DNA of 49,470 nt from Candidatus Coprocola pullicola (GCA_018715395.1 DVLQ01000104.1:1-49470), one strand, 5' to 3'; counted from the first letter of the stretch, positions 1 through 9,938 are shown. Notes: generated by a model from the letters alone, not told the origin. Numbers and translations: made by a program.

Positions 1-104
1 TTCATGATATGATTATAGATTATTGAAAAAACATCATGTAGATAGAGTCATTGCCGTTTTATAATATTGCAATAAAAAAGTAGTAAAATGATAAAAAAAA
101 GGAA

Positions 105-574
105 GTGAGAAAACAGATATTATTTTTGGGAGATAGCGCATTGTATGAAAAAAGCATTGCAGTGCAAAAAGAAGAGGATTTGACACAGTTAGTGCAAGAC
201 CTTCATGATACGCTTATGGATTATCGAAAAAAACATCATGCGGGCAGAGCCATTGCCGCTCCGCAAATTGGCGTAAAAAAAGGGTCATCTATCTTTATAT
301 ACAAAAGCCTATTGTGTTTGTCAATCCTATTCTTACATTTGATGGAGAAGAAAAAATGCAGGTGTTAGACGACTGTATGTCTTTTCCTCATTTGCTTGTA
401 AAGGTGATGCGATATCAAAAATGTTCTATAGAATATTTTACAATGCAATGGCAAAAAAAGAAAATGGAATTGACAGGAGATTTATCAGAGCTGTTGCAGC
501 ATGAATATGACCATTTAGACGGTATTTTGGCAACCATGAGAGCAATAGATAACAAATCTTTTGTGGCAAAATAG
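105..574 (+). pseudogene. def: Peptide deformylase-like gene split by a frameshift in an A7 run (pseudogene or sequencing error)
   Basis: ORF 105-368 has motif 1 variant GRAIAAPQIG. ORF 314-574 has DDCMS (EGCLS equivalent) and QHEYDHLDG. Adding one A at 275-281 joins them as ...GVKKRVIYLYIQKPIVFVNP... Confidence 0.85.
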
Positions 575-625
575 AGCATGATAAAAAGTAGGACATGATA
601 AAAAATGAAAAAGGAGGGAAATGTG

Positions 626-2692
626 ATGCATGGAGACGCCAAATATCTCATACGGTTTTTAGCAGGTGCAGACAAGAGGTTTGAGATTCCTGTCTATCAA
701 AGAAATTATGCTTGGAGGGCGCCTCAATGTAAGGCATTGTATGATGATTTAATCAAAATAGCAAAAACAAAAAAGAACCATTTTTTAGGCAGTATTGTAT
801 CTGTGTACAATCCAAACAGCTATGACCGGGAATATTGTATCATTGACGGGCAGCAAAGGCTGACAACCATTTCACTTCTTTTGCTTTGTATGTATCATTT
901 ATTGCAAAGAGGAGAGGTTGTGTCAAAAGAAAAAAAACTGTCTCAAAAAATTTATGAAGAATATTTGATTGACAAATACGGTTCAGAAGAAACCAAAATA
1001 AAACTCAAACCCATTGAACAAGACAGAGAGGCTTTTTGGCTTTTATTTCAGGAAAATAAACAAAAAAAAGAAAATTCGCTGATTACAGCCAATTATGAAT
1101 ATTTTTATAAAAGAATACAAAAACAAGAAATTTCTATAGATGATTTGTTTGAAAGTATCAGTCGCATTATGATTATTGATATCAGTTTAAATCATGAAGA
1201 TAATGCGCAAATGATATTTGAAAGTCTTAATTCTACAGGCATATTACTGGAAGAAGGAGACAAAATCAGAAATTATATTTTTATGGGACTTTCTGAAAAA
1301 AAACAAAAGCTTTATTACAAAAAATATTGGAGTGCCATTGAAAAACAAAGTGGTTATGACGTTAGTAATTTTTTTAAAGAATATATAACACTCAAGCAGC
1401 AAAAGATACTTTCCAGCAAAGGCATTTATACTGCTTTTAAAGAATATATGGAGCAAAAAGATTTGGAAGAAGAATGCAAAGAAATGGAAAAATATGCTTG
1501 TTGGTATGAAAAACTGCTTTTTGCAAATACAAGTATAAAAAAAGTGAATGATGCTATTGAGAGATGGAAAAAACTGGATTTTTTAGTGACAGTTCCTTTT
1601 TTTTGGGAAGTATTTGGACTTTGGCAACAAAAATATCTGACAAATGACGAGGTGTTGGAAATATTTCATTGTGTGGAATGTTATTTGTTTCGCCGCGTTA
1701 TATGTGATTTACCTTCTGCTGTATTGCCAAAGATATTTCTTTTTTTGCATAGGGATATTTTTTTATTGGAAAATAATACAAAACAATATGTTGCAAAATT
1801 AAAATATATATTACTGCAAAAAAGACAAAAAGAAGCCTTTCCATCAGACGAGGAGTTTTCAAAGACGTTTGTTTCCAGAAATATCTATGCCATGCCAACC
1901 AAAACAAAACATTATATTTTAGAAAGACTGGAAAATAAAAACAGCGCAGAAACCAAAAACATCTATATGCTTTTGGCAGAAGGGAGCTGCAGTATAGAGC
2001 ATATTATGCCTCAAAAATTAACGCAACAATGGAAAGAAGATTTGGGAGAAGACTGGCAGAAAATACATAACCTTTGGCTTCATAGAATTGCCAATTTGAC
2101 ATTGACCGCCTATAATGGAAAATACAGCAATAAGTCTTTTTTGCAAAAAAGAGATTTTAAAGAAATTGGACTGAAAGAAAGTGGCTTTCGTATGAACCAA
2201 AAAATTGCTCAAAAACAAAAATGGGGCTTAGAAGAACTTTTGCAAAGAAGTGATGAATTAGAAAAAACCGCATTGCAAATATGGTCTTTTTCTGATGCAT
2301 TGTATCAACCGTTTCACAAACCTTTGCAAGAATATACACTGGAGGAAGAATATTGTTTTAGGGCAAAGCAGATTGTCAAATTTTATTTTCAGGGAGTGGA
2401 GGAAATTGTGACAAGCTGGCGGGATTTTTATGAAAAAATACTAATTATGCTCCATGATAAAGACAAAACAGTGCTAAACCAACTGGCAGACAACATTTCA
2501 CAGCAAGGACTTTCCAATTATGTGGCAAGGAAAAAAGAATTTTTCCAAAAACAAAATTGCTGTCAAATTAGTGATAATATTTATGTTGCGGCTCATTTTT
2601 CCACTCAACAAAAAATTAATATTTTAAAAAAGTTTTTTACTCTTTATAAAATAGAAAGTGATGAAGTGATTGTTTCTTTAAAAGAAGAATAA
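626..2692 (+). CDS. GmrSD-family (DUF262 + DUF1524/HNH) modification-dependent restriction endonuclease with an extra C-terminal domain
   Basis: IPVYQRNYAW, IIDGQQRLTT and FESLNSTG motifs (DUF262); SIEHIMPQ...HRIANLTLTAYN (DUF1524). ATG at 626 follows AAGGAGG. Confidence 0.88.
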   Translation: MHGDAKYLIRFLAGADKRFEIPVYQRNYAWRAPQCKALYDDLIKIAKTKKNHFLGSIVSVYNPNSYDREYCIIDGQQRLTTISLLLLCMYHLLQRGEVVSKEKKLSQKIYEEYLIDKYGSEETKIKLKPIEQDREAFWLLFQENKQKKENSLITANYEYFYKRIQKQEISIDDLFESISRIMIIDISLNHEDNAQMIFESLNSTGILLEEGDKIRNYIFMGLSEKKQKLYYKKYWSAIEKQSGYDVSNFFKEYITLKQQKILSSKGIYTAFKEYMEQKDLEEECKEMEKYACWYEKLLFANTSIKKVNDAIERWKKLDFLVTVPFFWEVFGLWQQKYLTNDEVLEIFHCVECYLFRRVICDLPSAVLPKIFLFLHRDIFLLENNTKQYVAKLKYILLQKRQKEAFPSDEEFSKTFVSRNIYAMPTKTKHYILERLENKNSAETKNIYMLLAEGSCSIEHIMPQKLTQQWKEDLGEDWQKIHNLWLHRIANLTLTAYNGKYSNKSFLQKRDFKEIGLKESGFRMNQKIAQKQKWGLEELLQRSDELEKTALQIWSFSDALYQPFHKPLQEYTLEEEYCFRAKQIVKFYFQGVEEIVTSWRDFYEKILIMLHDKDKTVLNQLADNISQQGLSNYVARKKEFFQKQNCCQISDNIYVAAHFSTQQKINILKKFFTLYKIESDEVIVSLKEE

Positions 2693-2813
2693 TATTTTAA
2701 AAAATATTATAAAAAATAGATTTATTTTAATACTATTTTAATCCAAATTAACTATGCTTTTTTATAAAAATATTTATTGAAAAAAAGATATAAAAAATGT
2801 AAAATAAAGTGGT

Positions 2814-4634
2814 ATGATGAAAAGGAGGGGATATAATTTGTTAAAAAGACAAAAAAATCAATCTATAAAAGAACAGATTTTTTCTGGCTACTTTGTTGTG
2901 ATAATTATTACAGTTATTTTATTAATTGCTTCAGTGATTTATTTGGCATACATCAGTAAAAGTTATCGTGTTGTGTCAGAAAACTGGCAACAGCAAGGAC
3001 AGACGCAAATAGCAGTCAGTCAGCATTATCAGTGGCTGGAAATGTTAAATGAAAGTATTTCTACTGGAAAAAGTTTTGAAGGATCTCTTGACCCTACAGC
3101 CTGCAATTTTGGAAAATGGCTTTCTTCGATGGATACTTCAAAGATAGAAAATGCAACCATCAAACAAGCCTTAATAGCCATTGAAGCGCCTCATCAACAA
3201 ATACATACAAAGGCAAAAGATGTGCTTGAATTGTCAAAGACAGACAGAGCAGCAGCTTATGAAATGTATTTAAATGAAATTAAGCCAAATACCCAACAAA
3301 CAATACAATATCTTACTACAGTTAGCAATACTTATGAATCTATTGCAAATCAAGAGGATGCAGCATTGCATTTTGAAATTCGTATGGCATTGATTACAAG
3401 TGTTCTTTTATCTATAATAGGTATTGTTTCAGCAGTGTTTTTTGCAAATTCCAGTTCAAAAAGAATATCAAAGCCTATTGCCGATATCACTGTTTTGGCA
3501 CAACGTATGGCATTAGGGATTTATGATGATAAAATTGCTATTGATGATAAAATGTTGGAGGAAGAAATTGTACAAAATGGGAAAGGAAATAATGAAATTA
3601 TAACATTGTTAAAATCTTTCTGGCAAATGGCGGAACATATCAAAGAAAATGTCAGAGTGGTAGAAAGAGTTGCCCAAGGAGATATGACAGTATTTGTAAA
3701 CATACAATCTTCTGAAGATAAACTTGGCAAAAGTCTTTATAAACTAGTACAATCCAATGATTTTACCTATGCCAATATATTAAAAGTGGCTAGTGAAGTA
3801 GCTTCTAGTGCAGAGCAAATTGCAAATGCGGGACATATGTTGGCAGAAAATGCTACAAAGCAGGCTTCTGATGTACATCAATTGAGTGATACCATTGAAG
3901 CGGCAAATGAATTGGTACAAAAAAATGTAGAAAAAACTCATCAAGCAAATGCTATTTCAAATGAAATCAGAAATAAAGTTTATGAAAGTACAGAAAAAAT
4001 GAAGACATTGAAAGAATCTGTAGAAGAAATCAAAGAAGCTTCTGAAAAAATATCTTCTGTTATCAAGTCTATTGAAGATATTGCTTTTCAAACAAATATT
4101 CTCTCTTTGAATGCTTCCGTAGAAGCAGCAAGAGCCGGAGAGGCAGGAAAGGGCTTTGCTGTAGTGGCAAATGAAGTGCGTGTATTGGCATTACGCAGTG
4201 CGGACGCTGCAAAAAACAGCAAAGCGCTTATTGAAAATACTATGCAAAAAACAGCACTGGGAGTAGAAGTTTCCAATGATGCTTTTTCAAAATTTTCTGA
4301 TATTGTCAACCATATTGATGATATATTAAAAGTAATTGTGGATATTTCAAATTCTTCTGATATGCAAAATGAATATATGACGCATATCCATGAAGAAATT
4401 TCTGAAATTAACCGTGTGGTATCTAATAATGCAGCGGCAAGCGAAGAATTTTCGGCAGAAAGTCAGAGTATGAAACGAGACGCAGCTATATTAAAAGAAG
4501 AAATGCACCAATTTAATTTGAGAAAAAGAGAGCCTGGAAAGCCTTATATTCCACCTGAAAAGAAAAATGATGCAGAATTTATCAAAGAAGCGTCAGAAAA
4601 CTATAGACATTTTATGGAAAGTCATGAAAAATAA
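2814..4634 (+). CDS. Methyl-accepting chemotaxis protein with a CZB-like zinc-binding sensor domain
   Basis: Two TM segments, HAMP region, signalling tip [34 protein letters not shown]; HYQWL...ACNFGKWL...HQQIH between the TMs. Exact start uncertain. Confidence 0.92.
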   Translation: MMKRRGYNLLKRQKNQSIKEQIFSGYFVVIIITVILLIASVIYLAYISKSYRVVSENWQQQGQTQIAVSQHYQWLEMLNESISTGKSFEGSLDPTACNFGKWLSSMDTSKIENATIKQALIAIEAPHQQIHTKAKDVLELSKTDRAAAYEMYLNEIKPNTQQTIQYLTTVSNTYESIANQEDAALHFEIRMALITSVLLSIIGIVSAVFFANSSSKRISKPIADITVLAQRMALGIYDDKIAIDDKMLEEEIVQNGKGNNEIITLLKSFWQMAEHIKENVRVVERVAQGDMTVFVNIQSSEDKLGKSLYKLVQSNDFTYANILKVASEVASSAEQIANAGHMLAENATKQASDVHQLSDTIEAANELVQKNVEKTHQANAISNEIRNKVYESTEKMKTLKESVEEIKEASEKISSVIKSIEDIAFQTNILSLNASVEAARAGEAGKGFAVVANEVRVLALRSADAAKNSKALIENTMQKTALGVEVSNDAFSKFSDIVNHIDDILKVIVDISNSSDMQNEYMTHIHEEISEINRVVSNNAAASEEFSAESQSMKRDAAILKEEMHQFNLRKREPGKPYIPPEKKNDAEFIKEASENYRHFMESHEK

Positions 4635-4638
4635 TTTT

Positions 4639-4676
4639 AAAAAAGACATTGGTTTAAAAACTAATGTCTTTTTTTT
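4639..4676 (+). terminator. Rho-independent terminator after the MCP gene
   Basis: aaaaaagacattgg-tttaaaaa-ctaatgtctttttttt hairpin with T-run. Confidence 0.8.
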
Positions 4677-4818
4677 AGAGTTTTTAAATAAGAATTATAG
4701 TCTTTGTGGAATTATATTCTTTTAATAATAATTCTATTGACGAAATTATAAAAATGTGCCATTATTAAGAAAGAAAATTGGTTTATGTTATTTATATAAA
4801 AAGGAGATACTATATTTT

Positions 4819-5196
4819 ATGAAAAGAATTCTGAAATTAGGTGAAATAGAACAGCTAAAAAATAAAGGTAGTATTGGAGAAGAATTATCTCAATATCTTA
4901 TAGAGGGATTTTTAAACATGTTACAAAAAATAGATACTAAAATTCCTGTATATGAATTTGATTTAACAAAATACGGAAAAATTGTTGTTTTTGAGCTAAA
5001 AGATAATCTTTCTAATTTGACAAAGACAAATTTTGATATCAAAACAGTAAAAAAAGTGTTGATGAATGTGTTTGATGAAAAACTTTATTATACAGGAGAA
5101 ATACTTTGTAAAGATGGCAAAACGGTCCATTTTGCCGCACCAAGAGTTGTTTATGAAAAAAATATAGAATATTGGTTTCGGTCTTGTTGTGCATAA
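4819..5196 (+). CDS. Hypothetical protein (125 aa)
   Basis: ATG 4819 preceded by AAGGAG; protein-like composition; no recognised motif. Confidence 0.6.
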   Translation: MKRILKLGEIEQLKNKGSIGEELSQYLIEGFLNMLQKIDTKIPVYEFDLTKYGKIVVFELKDNLSNLTKTNFDIKTVKKVLMNVFDEKLYYTGEILCKDGKTVHFAAPRVVYEKNIEYWFRSCCA

Positions 5197-5521
5197 AAAA
5201 GAAGATTAATATTACAATAAAAAAATATTGACAGAAGTTTATTGTATATTTAAGATGTTATTTGAACTGATATAGAAAATGGGATATTTTTATGAATTAA
5301 GAGAAGGAAAATATAGAATGTATTACTAACAGCAACAAATATTATAAATTAATCTATTCATATATTAGTAGTCTGTTTTATATTTTACAAATGTTTGAGT
5401 GATTTTGTTCAATGATATGCATATTGAAATATTAATAAAAAACAAACATTTTTATAATAAACAGTATCCTGTAAATAAAATAGGAAGTAATTATAAAAGA
5501 GTAATAGACAAGTAGAAAGAA

Positions 5522-6190
5522 AAAAATATCTACTCGCCTAGCGAGTGGTTTTCGCTATGCAGGCATATCTCTCTGCTCTTGGCTTATACATAAACGCATA
5601 AATGCTCTACTAACTGTGTATCTATTACCTGCTACTGCTAAAAGGGTTTTTTGATTCCAGCGTCAGATGTTGTTTTAATTATTCTTCATTTAATTAATTG
5701 ACTATCTATTATCTGTATTTTTTGCTATTGTATCATAGCCTTTAGACCAAAATTACTATATTTGTATTTTAACTCACAAAATTGTTTCTTATCATATCAT
5801 ATTGCTTTTTCCTTTCCAAATATCCCATAAAACTTGATATACTCGTTTTAGGCAAAGTATACGTAACATGCACATACTTCTACTTTTCACTTCTTTTCTC
5901 TCACATAATTTTTTCAATATTTCTAATATTGATTTTCTCTTTTGGTAATAAAATTTTAAAATTTTGGTAATAAAACATTTTTCTTCTATATTTCGTTGCA
6001 GATATAATATTTGTAATACCATTTTGTATGCCATAAACTATGGATATTCACAATATGCATATATAAAGCTTCTTTTCACTATTTTTACAGTAGATAAATT
6101 GTAATTCTATTATAGTAAAAAGAAGTTTTTACTTTTACCTCAACGTCAGAAGGCTTTTTTCATGTGTTTAATGTGTGGTTTTCTTTATAC
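5522..6190 (-). mobile_element. Degenerate IS200-family (tnpA-only) element, copy A
   Basis: Reverse complement is collinear with 8715-9361 and 49114-49470; subterminal hairpin ctactcgc-cta-gcgagtgg at 5530-5548; tnpA frame broken by many indels. Confidence 0.88.
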
Positions 6191-6833
6191 AAAATAAAAA
6201 CCATACCTAAAAGATGTGGTTTACTCTAGTATAAAATAGCCAGTATTTAAATGACGCTGAATTTTACTTCGTTCAAGCTTTGGTGATAGATTGTTTGCCG
6301 TCCTTAAAAGAGTTTTTCTATTTTTTTGTATTTAGATTATATTCTACTTGGTTGGGCTATTATGTATTTTTGAATTATTGCTGTATTGAGTCCAACTGTA
6401 CTTATATAATATACTGCTGTCTGGAAATTTCTATTCCAAATTGGCATCTCCATTACATATCATCATTGCAGTTTTATCCCATAAACGATGATACATTCCT
6501 TTTTGGTGACATCTCTATCGGAAGATGGACAGTATCATATGCCCTTCTATGATTTCTATTCCTAAATCTTTTATTATATTTTGGATATTTTCACACAATT
6601 GAGTATAAATTATTTTCATTCTGTACTTGGAAATAAAAACCATATGATACTTATACACCTATTTTGTATGTGATAAGCTATTTGCCATAGGGCATGTTTG
6701 TAAAATAGTTAAGGCTTGCACCTCCTTATTTTACATCAAGAGTCATGCTTTTGTTTAAGCTTTTATCTTACTCCCAGAGCGGTTGATTGTACATTAAAGT
6801 AATCATAAAAATGCCCCCATAAGGGGGCGATAA
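6191..6833 (-). mobile_element. Degenerate IS200-family element of a second lineage, copy E
   Basis: Minus-strand fragments read MANSLSHTK*, YKYHMVFISKYR, IEIIEGHMI, PKRNVSSFMG, YYISTVGLNTAIIQKYI (Y1 transposase blocks). End hairpins at about 6197-6222 and 6812-6829. Confidence 0.8.
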
Positions 6834-6892
6834 AATATGACTGTCAATAAATAGGCTCTGGACAATCGTTCTGTTTTTGAATATTTAGAGAA

Positions 6893-7241
6893 TGGAGGTG
6901 AGGAGAATCGAACTCCTGTCCGAAAACCCTTCCATAAGGACTTCTCCCATTACAGCTTTTCTTTTTACATTCCCTCAGATAACCGCCGAAAAGCAGGCTG
7001 TTACCTTTGGTAGCTTCATAAATCTTTTCTGCCGGCAAAGCTTATGACAGAAAGTGCACCACCTATTCGGCGCCAGCATCTCTAGCAGTGGTCGACTAGA
7101 GGCTGACGAGCAGCGCTTAGGCTGCTGCTAAAGAATAATCTTTGTCGTTTCTTTTTAAAGGTTTCGGTTTGATAGGCAGTGACCGATGCTGCCAATGGCT
7201 ATCCTTATTTTCAAAGCTCCCGTCGAAACCATTGCACCCCC
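6893..7241 (-). ncRNA. ssrA: tmRNA
   Basis: 5' GGGGGTGCAATGGTTTCGACGGG; 3' T-arm plus CACCTCCA with a G3.U pair; tag frame 7146-7117 encodes DKDYSLAAA*; directly downstream of smpB; CCA not encoded. Confidence 0.97.
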
Positions 7242-7255
7242 AAGAATGTAATTTT

Positions 7256-7729
7256 TCAAAGTGTCAAATTTCGGATTTTGAACTCTTTTTCTGCCTGACG
7301 ACGCTGGTCATTTTTGGCAATGGTTTGTCGTTTGTCATAGAGTTTTTTTCCTTTGGCAATACCAATGTCTACTTTTACAAGACTTTTGTCAAAATAGACT
7401 TTTAAAGGAACAACTGTATATCCAGTAGCTTGTATAGCACCTGCGATTTTTCTGATTTGACTTTTGTGCAATAACAATTTTCTGGTACGCAAAGGGTCCT
7501 GATTAAAGCGGTTTCCCTGTTCATAAGGGCTGATATGCATTCCATAGAGAAACGCTTGCATATTTTCAATGCGTATAAAGCTTTCTTTCAAACTGCATTT
7601 TCCCTGACGAAGAGATTTGACCTCTGTTCCGCAAAGGGCAATGCCTGCTTGAAATGTTTCTTCTATAAAATAATCATGATATGCTTTTTTATTTTGAGCA
7701 ATGAGTTTTTTTCCTTTTTCTTTTGCCAT
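7256..7729 (-). CDS. smpB: SsrA-binding protein SmpB
   Basis: [37 protein letters not shown] motifs. Confidence 0.98.
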   Translation of the reverse strand: MAKEKGKKLIAQNKKAYHDYFIEETFQAGIALCGTEVKSLRQGKCSLKESFIRIENMQAFLYGMHISPYEQGNRFNQDPLRTRKLLLHKSQIRKIAGAIQATGYTVVPLKVYFDKSLVKVDIGIAKGKKLYDKRQTIAKNDQRRQAEKEFKIRNLTL

Positions 7730-8040
7730 AAAAAACACCTTTTTCCGCCTACAGTCAATGGTAATTGCTTTACTATTATAGCATACTGAAAAAAAAAAGC
7801 AAGTACTAATGTTTTGTCAAAATGTGACGAAAAACAACAACCTAAAAACAAAGTGTTTTGCTGAAAATTATTATAAAAATAGTATCATTTTATAATAAAA
7901 ATAGATTTGTTTTTTGATATAATTTCATAATATATTGCTTTTTATACCAGGTTAGAGTATAATAAAAATAACAAAAGAATACAAAAATGATGTAATTATG
8001 AAAAAAGAGAATGAGCGTTTTTTTTAAAGGGGGCGTTGGT

Positions 8041-8676
8041 ATGAATAAGCCTATTATCACAATCAGCAGAGCTTATGGAAGTGGTGGACATGAAATTGGA
8101 AAAAAGTTGGCGGAAACATTGCAAATACCTTTTTATGATAATGAGCAAATTTCCATACTGGCACAAAAAGAGGGAATCAGTAAGGAACTGCTGGCGGATG
8201 CAGAAAAAATCGGTTCAAACAATATATTATTTTCTCTTTCTAAATTAGGTCCTTCTACAGAAGTGTACGGTATGCCTTTAAGCGAAAGAATTTATGATGT
8301 GCAAAAAAAAGTCATTCAAGAAATTGCTTATAAAGGACCTTGTGTTATTGTAGGAAGATGTGCAGATTATATTTTAAAAGATTTTGAAAATTGTGTACAT
8401 ATCTTCATTACAGCCTCCTTGCCTACAAGAGTACGGCGCGCTGTATCCGAATATCACTTAACAGAAGAAAATCCGGAAAAGAAGGTTTTAAAAGCAGATA
8501 AATCCAGAGAGCTATACTATAACTATCACACAGGACAAAAATGGGGCGAGGCTTCTAATTATGATATTGTTATTAACACAGACAGAACAGGACTAGATAA
8601 TGCTGTAACCATCATTGAAGCTTATGCTTATATGCAAAACGAACAAGCGCCTATCAAACCTGTACCAAAATTCTAG
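8041..8676 (+). CDS. Cytidylate kinase-like family protein
   Basis: IITISRAYGSGG, CVIVGRCADYIL, YDIVINT motifs. Confidence 0.9.
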   Translation: MNKPIITISRAYGSGGHEIGKKLAETLQIPFYDNEQISILAQKEGISKELLADAEKIGSNNILFSLSKLGPSTEVYGMPLSERIYDVQKKVIQEIAYKGPCVIVGRCADYILKDFENCVHIFITASLPTRVRRAVSEYHLTEENPEKKVLKADKSRELYYNYHTGQKWGEASNYDIVINTDRTGLDNAVTIIEAYAYMQNEQAPIKPVPKF

Positions 8677-8680
8677 CCAA

Positions 8681-8714
8681 AAAAGAACTGCCAGAAAAAA
8701 CGGCAGTTCTTTTT
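8681..8714 (+). terminator. Rho-independent terminator
   Basis: aaaagaactgcc-agaaaaaac-ggcagttcttttt. Confidence 0.8.
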
Positions 8715-9361
8715 ATATCGAGAAAAACACACGTTAGATGTATAGTTTAAAAAAATTCTCCGGCGTTGAGATAAAAGTAAAAACTCCTTTTTGCTATAAT
8801 AGAATTGTGGTTTATCCACTGTAAAAATAGTGAAAAGGAGATTTGTATATGGATATTGTGGATATCCATAGTTTATGGCATACAAAATGATATTACAAAT
8901 ATTATATTTGTGACGAAATATAGAAGAAAAATGTTTTATTACCAAAAGAGAAAAACAATAGTAGAAATATTGAGAAAATTATGTGAGAGGAAAGGGATGA
9001 AAAGTAGAAGTATGTGCATATACGTATACCGATAGAGATACTGCCTAAAATGAGTACATCAAATTTTGTGGGGTATTTAAAAGAGAAAAATAGTACAATG
9101 TGACAAGAATCATTTCATGAGGTGAAATACAAATATAGTAATTTTAGTATCAAGGATATGATATAACAGCAAAAAATAGCCAATCAATTAAAAGAAGAAC
9201 AACGAAAAGGACAGCTGATACTGGAGTTAGAAAACCCTTTTAGCAGTAGCAGGTAATACAGGCACAGTTGGCAGAGCCGTTTATGTGTTTATCCATGAAC
9301 CCGAAATGGAGAACTATGCCCATATAGAAACAACCACCCTTCTTAGTGGGTGGTTATTTTT
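8715..9361 (+). mobile_element. Degenerate IS200-family element, copy B
   Basis: Collinear with 49114-49470; residual KYRRKMFYYQKRKTIVEILRKLCERKG; right-end hairpin aaccaccc-N8-gggtggtt at 9332-9355. Confidence 0.9.
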
Positions 9362-9589
9362 TTATGCATTTACATCAATTTGTATACCAATAGGAGCAGG
9401 AATAGGCTTTTCGTACTCATTTTGGTCAAAACGTTGTTCCTGCTCTGTAGTATGAGATATTTGACTCTCTTGCTGAAGAAGGATTGTTTTTGTAGTTTGT
9501 ATGGATTGGAGCATATTCCATTGTTGTTTGACTGTATCAATGAGGTCTTTATCAAGTTCTTCTATTTGTTCATTGTTTTTTTGTTCCAT
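9362..9589 (-). CDS. Small acidic Gln/Glu-rich hypothetical protein (75 aa)
   Basis: AGGAGG upstream of the ATG; non-random composition. Confidence 0.65.
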   Translation of the reverse strand: MEQKNNEQIEELDKDLIDTVKQQWNMLQSIQTTKTILLQQESQISHTTEQEQRFDQNEYEKPIPAPIGIQIDVNA

Positions 9590-9729
9590 GTAAAAAATCC
9601 CTCCTATAGTTATTGATGGTATGAAAAGGAGAAAAGAAAAAGTATTTTTAGAAATATTATATAGGAAAATAAAATTTTTTTTGTTAATATAAAATGAATT
9701 TTGTATTAAAAAATGAAAAGAAATTTGAA

Positions 9730-9938
9730 CAGAGTATAGACAAATTATATTCTTACAAATGTAATATATCCAAAAGTATTCGCAAACGAAGCATTTCCCA
9801 AATGGAATCTGTATTCGAAATTTAATTCCTACAAAAAAACAGCGTGTTTAAAGACATTTATATGGATGGAACGAAATGTTTATACTAGTCAAAGATTTCA
9901 ATGAAAGGAGTCTTTGACAAAGGATTGTCGACGTCCTT
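9730..9938. repeat. MITE-like dispersed repeat, short copy
   Basis: Begins cagagtatagacaaatt and ends ctttgacaaaggattgtcgac; both ends and an internal block match 10695-11243. Confidence 0.65.

Noticed and set aside
5782-6552. Short ORFs 5782-5970, 5792-6034 and 6280-6552 (also 8673-8945, 8805-9035 and 17596-18237) as genes
   Set aside because: They are fragments or antisense shadows of decayed tnpA.
5200-6892. Prophage or integrative island at the tmRNA 3' end
   Set aside because: No integrase and no duplicated ssrA 3' end seen; IS200 remnants explain most of the region.
6844-7405. ORFs 6844-7038 and 7142-7405
   Set aside because: They overlap tmRNA and smpB; spurious.
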